From: Acidimicrobiales bacterium
GTDB lineage: Bacteria > Actinomycetota > Acidimicrobiia > Acidimicrobiales > Bog-793
NCBI GenBank assembly: GCA_035532075.1
Contig: DATKRV010000098.1
Location: 42,948-106,947 of the forward strand
Reading direction: 5' to 3'
Length of the DNA stretch: 64,000 bases
A program made the translations under genes and the position numbers. Positions within the stretch are counted from its first letter, which is position 1; every line of letters begins with the position of its first letter. This document shows, piece by piece, positions 37,958 to 48,965 of the stretch. The notes beneath the pieces were generated by a model that saw only the letters and a program-made list of their open reading frames with translations, was not told the DNA's origin and did no database searches.

Positions 37958-38105
37958 CCAGGGCGCGACGCGAAAACATCTCGCCAGATATCGCATTTTG
38001 GCGAACACGATGCACCGGTTCCGTGATCCGGTAGGTGCGCAGGTAACCACGTGCTCCACAGTGGACGGACAGCATTTCCGTCGTCTCGTCACCCACGGAG
38101 GAACC

Positions 38106-38771
38106 ATGACCCAGACCCTCGATGGAATCATCTTCGGCGCCAGTCTCAGGCTCGAACCATATCCCGACCCGGTCGTTGAATCACTCGGCCACGATCCACG
38201 ATCTACCTATGTGGAACGGTTCTGGCTCCCGGTGCTTGGCCCGTCGACAACACTTCTCCTGCGCCTTTTCGTCGACAGACTCGAGGGCTCACCAAAGGGT
38301 GTCGACGTTGACGTCGCGGAGAGCGCTCGCGCGCTTGGCCTTGGCGAGCGACGGGGTCGCCACGGTCCCTTTCTCCGTTCGGTCGCACGCGCGATCGACT
38401 TCGACATGGTGCGCTACCTTCGACCCGGCGCAATTGGTGTGCGTCGGAGCCTTCCCTCGTTGTCGAGCCGAAACATTGCACGTCTCCCCGATTCGCTCCA
38501 GCGCGAACACGCGCAGGTGATTCGACAGGCGGGCGCCACCACCGACCTCATGGTACGAAGGGGCCGGCAACTCGCCCTGAGTCTGCTCGCGCTCGGAGAG
38601 AGCACCGGGGACACTCAACGACAGCTGACGCGGTGGAGTTTTGACGAGAGGTTCGCGCACGAATGCACGCGATGGGCGGCACGAGAACTCGATGACCACA
38701 ACGGCCACATTTCGCAGGCCACCACACATCTCGCTCGCCTCGAAGGCCGTCGCACATCTGTCGGCTCATGA
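38106..38771 (+). CDS. conserved hypothetical protein, possible winged-helix DNA-binding protein
   Basis: Internal ATG 38106 (MTQTLDGIIF). The segment YVERFWLPVLGPSTTLLLRLFVDRL...LGLGERRGRHGPFLRSVARAIDFDMV resembles a conserved actinobacterial family of unknown function. The DNA-binding idea is inference only. Confidence 0.55.
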   Translation: MTQTLDGIIFGASLRLEPYPDPVVESLGHDPRSTYVERFWLPVLGPSTTLLLRLFVDRLEGSPKGVDVDVAESARALGLGERRGRHGPFLRSVARAIDFDMVRYLRPGAIGVRRSLPSLSSRNIARLPDSLQREHAQVIRQAGATTDLMVRRGRQLALSLLALGESTGDTQRQLTRWSFDERFAHECTRWAARELDDHNGHISQATTHLARLEGRRTSVGS

Positions 38772-39034
38772 CCTCTGACGCTCTTCGAGAGCACTGTCGA
38801 AAAGATCTCAATCGAGCTGCTTGGACACCTTGACGTCGCCGCGGTGAGCGTCACGGCTCAGATATGGTGGAGACACCGGGCCGGCCCACCGTCGAGGGTC
38901 TGGCATGACGAAAGGCGCGGAGGTCTCATGCAAGAGCGCGGCAAATCTCGGGATGTCAGAGTTCACATGTCGCGACCAGGGCTGCGCACCTGGAATCTCC
39001 ACATTCTCGAAACGACGCGATCCAGACGGATTCC

Positions 39035-40534
39035 ATGCTGACCCATTCTGTCCAGGCCCACCGCTCCTTCGAACGTCTCGCGCGAGAACAACAGCTCGCC
39101 TGGGCGATCGCCGAGGTCGCGACGGATCGCGTTGGCATCGATGACGATGTCACCGAGATGATCCTCAACCGGGTGATCGACAATGCCGGAGTCGCTGCAG
39201 CATCGCTCACCCACCGCTCGGTTGCAAATGCGCGCGCCCAGGCTCTTCGCCACCCGTACGCGCCTGGTTCCACCGTGTTTGGCTGCGCACGAGAGACGCG
39301 CGTCTCCCCCGAATGGGCGGCGTGGGCTAATGGTGTCGCCGTGCGCGAACTCGACTTCCACGACACCTTCCTTTCGCGCGAGTATGCGCATCCCGGTGAC
39401 AACATCCCCGCCATCCTCGCGGTCGCGCAACACGTCGGCGCCTCCGGCAACGCCTTGATCCGGGCGATCGCGACGGCCTATGAGATCCAGGTCGATCTCT
39501 CCCGCGCAATCAGCCTGCATGAGCACAAGATCGATCATGTCGCGCACCTCGGGCCATCGGTCGCGGCAGGACTCGGTACCCTGCTCGGACTCGACACCGA
39601 GACCATCTTCCAGGCGGTCGGGCAGGCACTGCATCTGACCACGTCGACACGTCAATCGAGAAAGGGCGAGATCTCCTCGTGGAAGGCCTACGCGCCCGCG
39701 TTCGCGGCCAAGGTCGCGATCGAGGCGATCGACCGGACAATGCGCGGAGAGGGCTCCCCCTCTCCGATCTACGAGGGAGAGGACGGTGTCATCGCCCAGC
39801 TCCTCGGGGGCCCATCTCAGGTCTACGAGGTCAGCCTGCCCGAACCCGGCGAATCCAAGCGCGCGATTCTTGACACCTATACAAAGGAGTACTCCGCGGA
39901 ATATCAGGCCCAGGCACTGATCGACCTCGCCCTGCGGCTCAGACAGCGCATTCCCGACCTCTCCCGGATCGAAACGATCACCATCTCCACCAGCCATCAC
40001 ACGCACCACGTGATTGGAACGGGAGCAAATGATCCCCAGAAACTAGATCCCAATGCCTCGCGCGAGACACTTGATCATTCGATCATGTACATCTTTGCGG
40101 TCGCCCTTGAAGACGGCGCGTGGAATGAGGAGGCCTCCTATGCGCGTGAGCGAACTCATCGACCTTCGACCATTGCGCTGTGGCACAAGATCAAGACCGT
40201 CGAAGAGGCTGAATGGACGAGGAGATACCTTTCGACCGACCCCTCCGAGCAGGCCTTCGGGGGGCGCGTCACGGTCACGCTGCAAGACAAGAGCTTGATC
40301 GTTGACGAGATCGCGGTCGCGGATGCGCACCCTTTCGGGCGGCGACCCTTTGATCGCGCACAGTACATTGCGAAATTCAAACGACTTGCTTCGACGCTCG
40401 TCGAAGAACGCGAGCAGAACCGCTTCCTCTTTGTTGTCGGGCATCTTCCCCTGTGTTCTCCGGACGAACTCGCCAACTGCACATTCAGTGTCAAAGATTG
40501 CGAGTCGATGACCCCCAAGGGAGGGCTGTTCTGA
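39035..40534 (+). CDS. prpD: 2-methylcitrate dehydratase (MmgE/PrpD family)
   Basis: 499 aa with MmgE/PrpD length and pattern. Directly followed, with a 1-nt overlap, by prpB and then prpC. Confidence 0.88.
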   Translation: MLTHSVQAHRSFERLAREQQLAWAIAEVATDRVGIDDDVTEMILNRVIDNAGVAAASLTHRSVANARAQALRHPYAPGSTVFGCARETRVSPEWAAWANGVAVRELDFHDTFLSREYAHPGDNIPAILAVAQHVGASGNALIRAIATAYEIQVDLSRAISLHEHKIDHVAHLGPSVAAGLGTLLGLDTETIFQAVGQALHLTTSTRQSRKGEISSWKAYAPAFAAKVAIEAIDRTMRGEGSPSPIYEGEDGVIAQLLGGPSQVYEVSLPEPGESKRAILDTYTKEYSAEYQAQALIDLALRLRQRIPDLSRIETITISTSHHTHHVIGTGANDPQKLDPNASRETLDHSIMYIFAVALEDGAWNEEASYARERTHRPSTIALWHKIKTVEEAEWTRRYLSTDPSEQAFGGRVTVTLQDKSLIVDEIAVADAHPFGRRPFDRAQYIAKFKRLASTLVEEREQNRFLFVVGHLPLCSPDELANCTFSVKDCESMTPKGGLF

Positions 40535-41430
40535 TGCTCAACACCACGACAACCGCGAACGAACGTCGCAGGAGATTTCGCAAGGATCTCGCCTCGGGCG
40601 AGTTGTTGCGACTGCCCGGAGCATTCAACGCGCTCTCCGCGGTTGTGATCGAACGAACGGGATTCGAAGGCATCTACCTCTCCGGCGCGGTGCTCTCTGC
40701 CTCGCTCGCACTTCCGGATATCGGCCTCACCACCCTCTCCGAAGTTGCCGGTCGCGGAAGAGAGATCGCCCGTGTCAGCTCGCTCCCAACCCTGATCGAT
40801 GCCGACACCGGGTTTGGAGAACCGCTCAACGTCGCCCGCACGATCCAGACCCTCGAGGATGCTGGTCTCTCGGGGTGTCACCTCGAAGACCAGGTAAACC
40901 CGAAACGCTGTGGACACCTCGACGGCAAAAGCATCGTCTCGACATCCGAGATGGCGCGACGCATCGCGGCAGCGGCCGGTGCGAGGCGCGACGCAGACTT
41001 CGTCATCTGTGCGCGCTCCGATGCACGGGCGAACGAGGGGCTCGAAGCAACGATCGAACGTGCCAAGGCCTATGTGGATGCCGGAGCGGACATGCTCTTT
41101 CCCGAGGCACTCGAAGATCTCCGGGAGTTCGAGCAGTTCCGCAACGCGTTTGAGGTACCGGTGATGGCAAACATGACTGAGTTCGGCAAATCCGAGCTAC
41201 TTGACGAGAAGACACTTCATTCGATCGGCATCAATCTCGTCATCTACCCGGTCACCCTGCTCCGTCTGGCGATGCGAGCCACGCAGCGTGGGCTCGAAGT
41301 TCTTGCGCGCGAGGGAACCCAGCGCTCACTCGTCCCTGAGATGCAGACTCGGGAGAGCCTCTACGAACTCCTCGACTACGAGGCATACACCGAGTTCGAC
41401 CTGTCGATACTCGAGCAAGGAGGTACGTGA
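40534..41430 (+). CDS. prpB: methylisocitrate lyase
   Basis: ATG 40534 overlaps the prpD TGA. It has the PEP-mutase/isocitrate-lyase signature NPKRCGHLDGKS and LRLPGAFNALSA near the N-terminus. Confidence 0.9.
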   Translation: MLNTTTTANERRRRFRKDLASGELLRLPGAFNALSAVVIERTGFEGIYLSGAVLSASLALPDIGLTTLSEVAGRGREIARVSSLPTLIDADTGFGEPLNVARTIQTLEDAGLSGCHLEDQVNPKRCGHLDGKSIVSTSEMARRIAAAAGARRDADFVICARSDARANEGLEATIERAKAYVDAGADMLFPEALEDLREFEQFRNAFEVPVMANMTEFGKSELLDEKTLHSIGINLVIYPVTLLRLAMRATQRGLEVLAREGTQRSLVPEMQTRESLYELLDYEAYTEFDLSILEQGGT

Positions 41431-41431
41431 G

Positions 41432-42580
41432 ATGACCAACGAGACATCACCAGAGGACGGTACAGTCCGGCGCGGCCTCGAGGGCGTGATAGCCGACACC
41501 ACCGCGATCTCGATGGTCGACGAGGCGACGAACTCGCTGTTGTATCACGGCTATCCCGTACAAGAACTCGCGAAGTACTGCTCGTTCGAGGAGGTTGCCT
41601 ACCTCATCTGGTTCGGAGAACTTCCCGGCCAGGAGGAGCTCTTGGCCTTTGAAAAACACGAACGCGAACAGCGCGAACTTCCCGATGAACTCACCTCGAT
41701 GCTTTTGGAACTCCCGTCAACGTGTCATCCGATGGATGTGCTCCGCACTGCGGTGAGCTGCCTTGGCGCCTTCGACCCCGAAGAGGACAACAACGACGTC
41801 AGGGCGAATCTCGACAAATCACTCAACCTGATGGCCAAACTTCCGACAGTTGTCGCGGCCGAACAGCGCCGACGACACGGAAAGGACCCGATTGCGCCGC
41901 GGAGTGATCTCGGGTTTGCAGCAAACTTCCTCAATATGTGCTTCGACGAGACTCCGACGGATGCTACCGTGCGCGCGCTCGATATCTCGCTCATTCTCTA
42001 TGCCGAACACAGCTTCAACGCTTCGACCTTTGCCGCGCGCGTGATCATCTCCACGCTCTCGGACATCTACTCGTCGATTGTTGGAGCAATCGGTGCGCTC
42101 AAGGGACCGCTCCATGGAGGTGCCAACGAGGCTGTCATGCGCATGTTGGATGAGATTGGCTCTGCCGACCGGGTCGACGCATGGCTCGACGAGATGTTCG
42201 CCACCCATCGGCTCGTAATGGGCTTTGGACATCGCGTCTACAAGCACGGGGACTCGCGTGTGCCGACGATGCACGATGCGTTGTTGGAGATCTCGAAGAA
42301 CTACGAGAGTGACGGCCTCATCGCGCTCTATGAGCGGCTTCAACAGGCGATGCTCGAGCGGAGGGGAATCCACCCGAATCTCGACTTCCCGAGCGGGCCG
42401 GCATATCACCTGATGGGGTTCGACACCGCCATATTCACACCGATCTTCGTCATCAGCAGGATCACCGGATGGACGGCTCACGTCATCGAACAGCTCAGCG
42501 CGAACGCACTGATCCGCCCTCTCAGCTCCTATGTCGGACACGGACCGCGAAAGGTCATCCCGATTCTCGACCGCGCCTGA
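41432..42580 (+). CDS. prpC: 2-methylcitrate synthase / citrate synthase
   Basis: ATG 41432 preceded by CAAGGAGG. Citrate synthase signature MGFGHRVYKHGDSR. The ORF extension to 41201 overlaps prpB. Confidence 0.9.
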   Translation: MTNETSPEDGTVRRGLEGVIADTTAISMVDEATNSLLYHGYPVQELAKYCSFEEVAYLIWFGELPGQEELLAFEKHEREQRELPDELTSMLLELPSTCHPMDVLRTAVSCLGAFDPEEDNNDVRANLDKSLNLMAKLPTVVAAEQRRRHGKDPIAPRSDLGFAANFLNMCFDETPTDATVRALDISLILYAEHSFNASTFAARVIISTLSDIYSSIVGAIGALKGPLHGGANEAVMRMLDEIGSADRVDAWLDEMFATHRLVMGFGHRVYKHGDSRVPTMHDALLEISKNYESDGLIALYERLQQAMLERRGIHPNLDFPSGPAYHLMGFDTAIFTPIFVISRITGWTAHVIEQLSANALIRPLSSYVGHGPRKVIPILDRA

Positions 42581-42770
42581 CTCTTACGATCGGTATGCGT
42601 TGTGCCGATTGGCACTTCGACCGCTCCGTCGCTATATGACCGGCATCTCTCGAAGGCTGGTTCGAACGCACCCGCGTCGTCGTGATTTGATGCCGATTTC
42701 TCTTCGGTGAGGATGAGGACCCAGGCGTTCGGCAATAGATGCAATCGGTTCGCCGGTAACCTAGGGCGAT

Positions 42771-45700
42771 ATGTCTTCCTATCTTGATCTCGTCAAAGAG
42801 CGTGTGGTGATCTTTGATGGAGCACTCGGCACGAACATCCAGCTGCTCGGCCTTGGGCCCGACGACTTTGGCGGACCCGCATACGAGGGCTGCAACGAGA
42901 TCCTCGTTGCAACGCGTCCCGACCTCGTCAGCAACTTGCATCGAAGCTTTCTCGAGGTCGGAGTCGATGTCATCGAGACAAATTCATTTGGCACACTTTC
43001 GGTGGTGCTCGCAGAATATGGAATCGCAGACCGTGCCTACGAACTCGCGCTCCGATCTGCCGAGCTTGCCCGCGAGGTTGCCGACGAATTCTTGACGCCC
43101 GAGCGCAGACGCTATGTTGCCGGCTCAATCGGACCCTCGACCAAGGCGCCCTCGCTCGGACAGGTCACCTTTGCCGAACTGCGCGATTCCTATGAGACCC
43201 AGGCACGCGGGCTGCTCGATGGTGGAGTCGACCTCATCGTCATCGAAACCGCGTTTGATCTTCTCGGCGCGAAAGCGGCAATGATCGCAAGCCGTCGCGC
43301 AATGAGCGCGACAGGTCGACAGGTACCACTTCAGGTGCAAGTCACGATCGAACTGACCGGGAGAATGCTGCCGGGTACCGAAATCGCAGCCGCACTCTGC
43401 GCGATCGACGCGATGCGACCTGATGTCCTCGGACTCAACTGTGCGACCGGTCCGGAGGAGATGTACGAACCACTCCGCTACCTTTCTGAGCACTCGCGCA
43501 TTCCAATCGCCACGCAACCGAACGCGGGCCTCCCCTCGGTTGTCAATGGCAAGATGCACTACGACCTCACGCCGGATCAACTTGCCGACCACCTGTACAA
43601 CTTCGTCAACGAACTCGGTATCTCGATCATCGGAGGATGCTGCGGTACAACTCCCGAGCACCTGGCAAAGGTGATCGAGAGATGCCAGGGACTCAGGCCA
43701 AAACGGCGCGAACCCGTCCACGAGCCCGGAGCCGCCTCGCTCTACAGCTTCACTCCCTTTGCCCAAGACCTGTCGTTTCTTTCCATCGGCGAGCGCACGA
43801 ACGCGAACGGCTCACTGAAATTTCGCAAAGCCATGCTTGAGGGAGATTTCGATACCACCACCGCGATGGCCAAGGATCAGATCAAAGAGGGTTCACACAT
43901 GATCGACGTTTGTGTCGATTACACCGGTGCCGATGGAATTCAGGACATGGGAGAGGTCATCAGCCGCCTCGCCACGCAGTCGAGCGTCCCGATCGTGATC
44001 GACTCCACCGAGGCTCCAGTCGTCAGAACCGCGCTCGAGTGGATCGGCGGCCGCGCGGTGCTCAACTCGGTAAACCTCGAAGATGGCGATGCCGAAGGAA
44101 CGCGTCTCGATCAGTTCCTCTCGCTTGCGAGAGAGCATGGCGCTGCCGTGATCTGCACCTGTATCGACGAAGAGGGCCAGGCACGTACCGCGGCGTGGAA
44201 ACTCCGTGCAGCCAAGGCGATCGCCGATCTCGCAATCAACCGCTATGGACTCGAGGCCTCGGACCTCTTCTTCGATGCACTTGCTCTGCCACTATCGACC
44301 GGTCTCGAAGAGAGTCGCAGGGACGGCATCGAGACGATCGAGGGGATCCGGTCGATCAAACGCGAACTCCCGGGCGCGTACACCGTGCTCGGTCTCTCGA
44401 ACGTCTCGTTCGGCCTCTCCCCCGCCTCGAGAGTCGCGCTGAATTCGGTCTTTTTGCACGAGTGTGTCGAGGCGGGCCTCGATGCCGCGATCGTCCATGC
44501 CGCGCGCATTGTTCCACTGAATCGCATCGAATCCGAAATTCGCGAGATCTGCCTCGATCTCATCTACGACCGTCGTCGCGAGGGCTATGACCCATTGCAG
44601 GCACTCATCGCCAAGTTCGAGGGGGTCTCGAGTGCGACAAGAGAACGCGAGGACACAAGCGACTGGACGATCGAACGTCGTCTCTCGCAGCGCATCATCG
44701 ACGGCGATCGCAATGGTCTCGAAGACGAACTCGAAGAGGCCCTGAAGAGTTACGCCGCGCTTGAGATCGTCAACAATGTCCTGCTCGAGGGCATGAAGGT
44801 CGTCGGTGAACTGTTCGCCAGCGGCGAAATGCAGCTGCCGTTTGTCCTTCAGTCGGCGGAGACGATGAAATCGGCTGTTGCCTATCTCGAGCCGCACATG
44901 GAGCGCAGCGACGACACGGGAGGACGCGGACGGATCGTCCTCGCGACGGTTAAGGGCGATGTTCACGACATCGGCAAGAACCTCGTCGACATCATCTTCA
45001 CCAACAACGGATACGAGGTCTACAACCTCGGCATCAAAGTTGGCATCAACGAGATGCTCGAGAAAGCGCACGAGGTGAACGCGGATGTGATCGGAATGAG
45101 CGGACTGCTCGTCAAATCTACGCTGATCATGCGCGAGAACCTCGAGGAACTCAACCGCAGGGGCGATCACGGGATCCCAGTACTCCTCGGAGGGGCGGCA
45201 CTGACGCGAAGTTACGTCGAACGCGATTTGCGGGGGATCTACAAGGGCAAGGTCTTTTACGGCAAGGATGCCTTCGAGGGTCTTTCGACGATCCAGCGCC
45301 TGATGGAGATCAAGGAGTCCGGCATCGACGACCCCGACTTCGGAACGGTGCCAAGCGGTCGCGTGCTTCCCAAGCGAAACAGCGAACGGCTCGCAGAGAT
45401 CGACCTCGCTACACTTCCGAGCCGATCGCCAGAGGTCACCTTGGAAAATCCCGTGTTCGTTCCGCCATTCGTCGGTGCGAGAGTCGCGAAGGGACTTCCG
45501 CTTGACGACATTGTCTCGTATCTCAACGAGACCGCGTTGTTCCGCAACCAATGGGGCTATCGCCCAGTCGACGGCGAATCCGACACGGAGTTCAAAGAGC
45601 GCGTACGGGCCGAGCTCCGACAGCGCCTTGACGAGGCAAAGTCCACAGACGTCTTGGTGCCCCAGGTCGTATGGGGCTACTTTCCGGCGAACTCGGTCAG

Positions 45701-46238
45701 CAACGACCTGATCATCTATTCAGACACGGATCGCTCGCAAGAGTTGACCCGTTTCTCCTTCCCCCGCCAGCGTGTCGAGCCTTACCTGTGCATCGCAGAT
45801 TTCTTCCGGCCACTCGAGAGCAAGGAGATCGACTACGCAGGATTTACCGTCTCGACGATAGGTGCAAAGGCCTCGGAGGCAGCAGCGGGGATGTTCGCCG
45901 AAAACCGATACCGTGACTATGTCGCGCTGCACGGTCTGTCGGTCGAGATGACCGAGGCCCTCGCCGAACTCTGGCACCGGAGGATGCGCGAGGAGTGGGG
46001 ATTCGCGAATGAGGATGGCCCGAACCTGATCGGTCTGTTCCGGCAGAGATACCGGGGCGGCAGGTACTCGTTTGGCTATCCAGCCTGTCCCGAACTCGAG
46101 GACAACGCGAAGGTCGTTGACCTGCTCGAAGCGGCGCGCATCGGTGTAACAATCAGCGAAGGTTTCCAGCTCTTTCCGGAGCAGACGACGCTCGCGATCA
46201 TCTGTCATCATCCGCGGGCGAAATACTTCGTCGCGTAG
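42771..46238 (+). CDS. metH: cobalamin-dependent methionine synthase
   Basis: 1155 aa. Hcy-binding and pterin-binding barrels, B12-binding DxHxxG (GDVHDIGKN), and the AdoMet reactivation domain (RYSFGYPACP). Confidence 0.97.
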   Translation: MSSYLDLVKERVVIFDGALGTNIQLLGLGPDDFGGPAYEGCNEILVATRPDLVSNLHRSFLEVGVDVIETNSFGTLSVVLAEYGIADRAYELALRSAELAREVADEFLTPERRRYVAGSIGPSTKAPSLGQVTFAELRDSYETQARGLLDGGVDLIVIETAFDLLGAKAAMIASRRAMSATGRQVPLQVQVTIELTGRMLPGTEIAAALCAIDAMRPDVLGLNCATGPEEMYEPLRYLSEHSRIPIATQPNAGLPSVVNGKMHYDLTPDQLADHLYNFVNELGISIIGGCCGTTPEHLAKVIERCQGLRPKRREPVHEPGAASLYSFTPFAQDLSFLSIGERTNANGSLKFRKAMLEGDFDTTTAMAKDQIKEGSHMIDVCVDYTGADGIQDMGEVISRLATQSSVPIVIDSTEAPVVRTALEWIGGRAVLNSVNLEDGDAEGTRLDQFLSLAREHGAAVICTCIDEEGQARTAAWKLRAAKAIADLAINRYGLEASDLFFDALALPLSTGLEESRRDGIETIEGIRSIKRELPGAYTVLGLSNVSFGLSPASRVALNSVFLHECVEAGLDAAIVHAARIVPLNRIESEIREICLDLIYDRRREGYDPLQALIAKFEGVSSATREREDTSDWTIERRLSQRIIDGDRNGLEDELEEALKSYAALEIVNNVLLEGMKVVGELFASGEMQLPFVLQSAETMKSAVAYLEPHMERSDDTGGRGRIVLATVKGDVHDIGKNLVDIIFTNNGYEVYNLGIKVGINEMLEKAHEVNADVIGMSGLLVKSTLIMRENLEELNRRGDHGIPVLLGGAALTRSYVERDLRGIYKGKVFYGKDAFEGLSTIQRLMEIKESGIDDPDFGTVPSGRVLPKRNSERLAEIDLATLPSRSPEVTLENPVFVPPFVGARVAKGLPLDDIVSYLNETALFRNQWGYRPVDGESDTEFKERVRAELRQRLDEAKSTDVLVPQVVWGYFPANSVSNDLIIYSDTDRSQELTRFSFPRQRVEPYLCIADFFRPLESKEIDYAGFTVSTIGAKASEAAAGMFAENRYRDYVALHGLSVEMTEALAELWHRRMREEWGFANEDGPNLIGLFRQRYRGGRYSFGYPACPELEDNAKVVDLLEAARIGVTISEGFQLFPEQTTLAIICHHPRAKYFVA

Positions 46239-46306
46239 CGCCCCGATCCTCAAATTTGACGCCAAACTTCGCCAGAGCTGCGGAAGAAGCCGTTAGCGTC
46301 GTTGCC

Positions 46307-47023
46307 ATGGCAATCGACGTAACCGACGCAACATTTGAAACCGAAGTACTCGAGCGATCCGATGCCCAGGCGGTTGTCATCGACCTCTGGGCGCCCTGGT
46401 GTGGCCCATGCCGGAGCCTTGGGCCGATTCTCGAAAAGGTCATCGGCGAGACCGAGGACGTCATTTTGTGCAAGGTCAACGTCGACGAGAACCCGCAGAT
46501 CTCCGAGGCCTTCCAGGTGCAGTCGATACCCGCCGTCTATGCCATCAAAGGCCGCGCCGTAGTCGACGGATTCATGGGCGCGATCGGCGAGGAAAAGATC
46601 CGCGAGTTCGCCAAACGACTCAATGCCCCCCCGAGCGAGGCAGATGCGCTCGTCGAATTGGGTGACGAGCCATCGTTGCGGCGCGCGCTTGAACTCGAAC
46701 CCGATCATGTCGAGGGAGTGACCCGCCTTGCCACGCTGCTGATTGACTCAGGGAGTCCCGACGAGGCGCTGTTGCTCCTTGGAAGGGTTCCCGAGACACA
46801 AGACACCCGTCATCTGGCTGCCAGGGCGCGTCTCGCCGACTCCCACGAGATCGAGACGCTGTCGGACACGTCGGCGATCGACGCGCGTCTTGCCGAATTG
46901 CTCGAGACTGCGAAAGAGGACGAGGCGGCCCGTCAGGAGTACCTCGACCTGCTCGAGGCAATGGATGACCAGGACGAACGCAAGGTCCGCTTCCGAAAAG
47001 CACTCACCTCCCGCCTTTTCTGA
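46307..47023 (+). CDS. thioredoxin-domain plus TPR protein (YbbN/CnoX-like co-chaperone)
   Basis: MAIDVTDATFETEVLERSDAQAVVIDLWAPWCGPC followed by a TPR-like helical region. The ORF is open from TTG 46256, but ATG 46307 gives the canonical N-terminus. Confidence 0.8.
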   Translation: MAIDVTDATFETEVLERSDAQAVVIDLWAPWCGPCRSLGPILEKVIGETEDVILCKVNVDENPQISEAFQVQSIPAVYAIKGRAVVDGFMGAIGEEKIREFAKRLNAPPSEADALVELGDEPSLRRALELEPDHVEGVTRLATLLIDSGSPDEALLLLGRVPETQDTRHLAARARLADSHEIETLSDTSAIDARLAELLETAKEDEAARQEYLDLLEAMDDQDERKVRFRKALTSRLF

Positions 47024-47889
47024 TGGCACCCCCTCCCGTCGAGGAGCGCTCGCCCTGGGTGATCGATCTTGGGGCACGAAGCTACGACGTCTCGACCGAG
47101 GCACTCGTCATGGGTATCGTCAACCGCACGCCCGATTCGTTTTATGACCAGGGCGCGACGTTCGAACTCGAGAAATCTATCCGTCGCGCCGCACAGCTCG
47201 TCGAGGACGGAGCAGACATCATCGATGTCGGGGGTGTGCGTGCTGGCGTCGGGCCAGAGGTATCGCTCGACGAAGAGATCGATCGCGTCGTTCCCGTGAT
47301 CGCGGCGATCACAGAACGCTTTGACGTCGCGGTCTCCGTCGACACGTGGCAGTCTGCGGTAGCCGATGCTGCGTTCTCGGTCGGTGCAGCGTGTGGCAAT
47401 GACATCAGTGGGTTCGCAGACCCCGACTATCTCGACATCGCCGCAAAGCATGGAGCGAGCGTGGTTGCGACCCACATTCGCCTCCGTCCACGCGTCGACG
47501 ACCCGAATCCGACCTATCCCAACAACGATGTCATCCATGCGTGTGAGGAGTTCCTCGAAGAACGACTCGCCCGCGCACTTGCGGCCGGACTGCGACCAAG
47601 CCAGGTGATCTTTGATGCGGGGCTCGACCTCGGAAAGACGACCCCGCAATCGCTCGAACTGCTCCGCGCGTCGCGCCGGCTCGTTGCGCTCGGCCAACCG
47701 CTCTTGCTCTCGGCCTCGAACAAGGGCTTTCTCGGCGAACTCCTCGATCTTGAGATTGACGAGCGACGCGACGCGACGCTCGGTGCGGTCTCCTTTGGGG
47801 TTTCAATGGGCTGTCGGGTGCTTCGCGTGCATGACGTCAAGGGCACAAAGCGGGTCGTCCGCACACTTTCGGCAATATTTCAATCATGA
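47023..47889 (+). CDS. folP: dihydropteroate synthase family protein
   Basis: 288 aa with the LVMGIVNRTPDSFYDQG and DIIDVGG motifs. Its start overlaps the upstream stop (TGATG). Confidence 0.85.
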   Translation: MAPPPVEERSPWVIDLGARSYDVSTEALVMGIVNRTPDSFYDQGATFELEKSIRRAAQLVEDGADIIDVGGVRAGVGPEVSLDEEIDRVVPVIAAITERFDVAVSVDTWQSAVADAAFSVGAACGNDISGFADPDYLDIAAKHGASVVATHIRLRPRVDDPNPTYPNNDVIHACEEFLEERLARALAAGLRPSQVIFDAGLDLGKTTPQSLELLRASRRLVALGQPLLLSASNKGFLGELLDLEIDERRDATLGAVSFGVSMGCRVLRVHDVKGTKRVVRTLSAIFQS

Positions 47890-48956
47890 ATACCGTCGAA
47901 CGAGACGAGAGCACCCTCCCCTCGCGCGCCTATCTCGTAACCGGTGAAGATCCGGGACTCGTGAGTCAGGAGCTCTCCGCACTCTTGAACGAACTCACCG
48001 GCCTCAACCTCTTCGTCGGCGCGATCGTCGAGGAATACTCCCAGGCAACCAAGGAAGAGCCTGTCCCGATCGGATCGATCCTCGATGCCTGTAGAACGCC
48101 ACCGTTTCTCACTGAACGTCGCCTGATTATCGTGCGCGACGGAGCGAATCTCGACGCGCAGCAGACGAAAGAGGTCATCGCGTACCTCAAGGATCCACTC
48201 GATACGACCGTGCTGGTCTTCGTCGTCGGTGGGAGATCAGCCTCGGCGACGCTCCGCAAGGCATTCGAGAGCGCGGGACGCGTTATCGATGCCCAACCAG
48301 GCACCAACGCCAAATCACGCGACCAGTGGTTTGTTGAACATCTTGCGAAGGCACCGGTGCGCCTTGACGGCGCGGCCACCGAACTGCTCAAGAGTCACCT
48401 CGGCGAGGACATCGCGCGACTCGAGGGGATCCTCGGTGCTCTCAGCGCGACCTATGGTCCAGGCTCGACGATCAAACTCGATGAACTTGAGCCCTTTCTC
48501 GGTAGTGAGGGATCGGTCGCTCCGTGGGATCTGACCGACGCAATCGATTCTGGAGACACCAGCAAAGCACTCCACACCCTCTCGCGCATGCTCGATGCGA
48601 AAGAGCGTCACCCGCTCCAGATCATGGCAACTCTTCATCGACACATCGGAGCGATGCTCCGGCTCGACGGTGAGGACACATTTGGCGCTGCCGAAGCGGC
48701 CAGTGCGACAGGAATGAATGCGTATCCAGCCGGCAAGGCTCTCCAGCAGTCACGAAGACTCGGTCACGAAGGAGTGACCAAAGCACTCACCCTCCTCGCC
48801 AATGCGGATCTCGACCTGCGAGGACGCGTTGGCTGGCCCGATGAACTCGTCATGGAGGTGCTCGTCGCAAGACTTTCCCAGCTGTCACGACAGAGCAAGG
48901 GCACGAGGAGCGCAACCGGATCTTCGCGACATTTCGCATCGCAGCGCCGAGGGTAG
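47886..48956 (+). CDS. holA: DNA polymerase III subunit delta
   Basis: 356 aa. AYLVTGEDPGLVSQEL N-terminus with the HolA length and helical C-terminal pattern. ATGA overlap with folP. Confidence 0.8.
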   Translation: MNTVERDESTLPSRAYLVTGEDPGLVSQELSALLNELTGLNLFVGAIVEEYSQATKEEPVPIGSILDACRTPPFLTERRLIIVRDGANLDAQQTKEVIAYLKDPLDTTVLVFVVGGRSASATLRKAFESAGRVIDAQPGTNAKSRDQWFVEHLAKAPVRLDGAATELLKSHLGEDIARLEGILGALSATYGPGSTIKLDELEPFLGSEGSVAPWDLTDAIDSGDTSKALHTLSRMLDAKERHPLQIMATLHRHIGAMLRLDGEDTFGAAEAASATGMNAYPAGKALQQSRRLGHEGVTKALTLLANADLDLRGRVGWPDELVMEVLVARLSQLSRQSKGTRSATGSSRHFASQRRG

Positions 48957-48965
48957 TGGGCATCA

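Noticed and set aside
42659-42666. tRNA-like T-loop strings GGTTCGAA (42659) and similar at about 60774 and 59494
   Set aside because: The flanking bases do not form a T-stem, and no acceptor or anticodon arms can be drawn. I found no tRNA in any spacer.
42581-42770. Riboswitch upstream of metH (cobalamin, SAM or SAH)
   Set aside because: No B12-box-like element and no SAH or SAM-IV consensus segments were recognisable by eye. Only a weak 5-bp hairpin (GTGCC/GGCAC) is present. A covariance-model scan would be needed to be sure.
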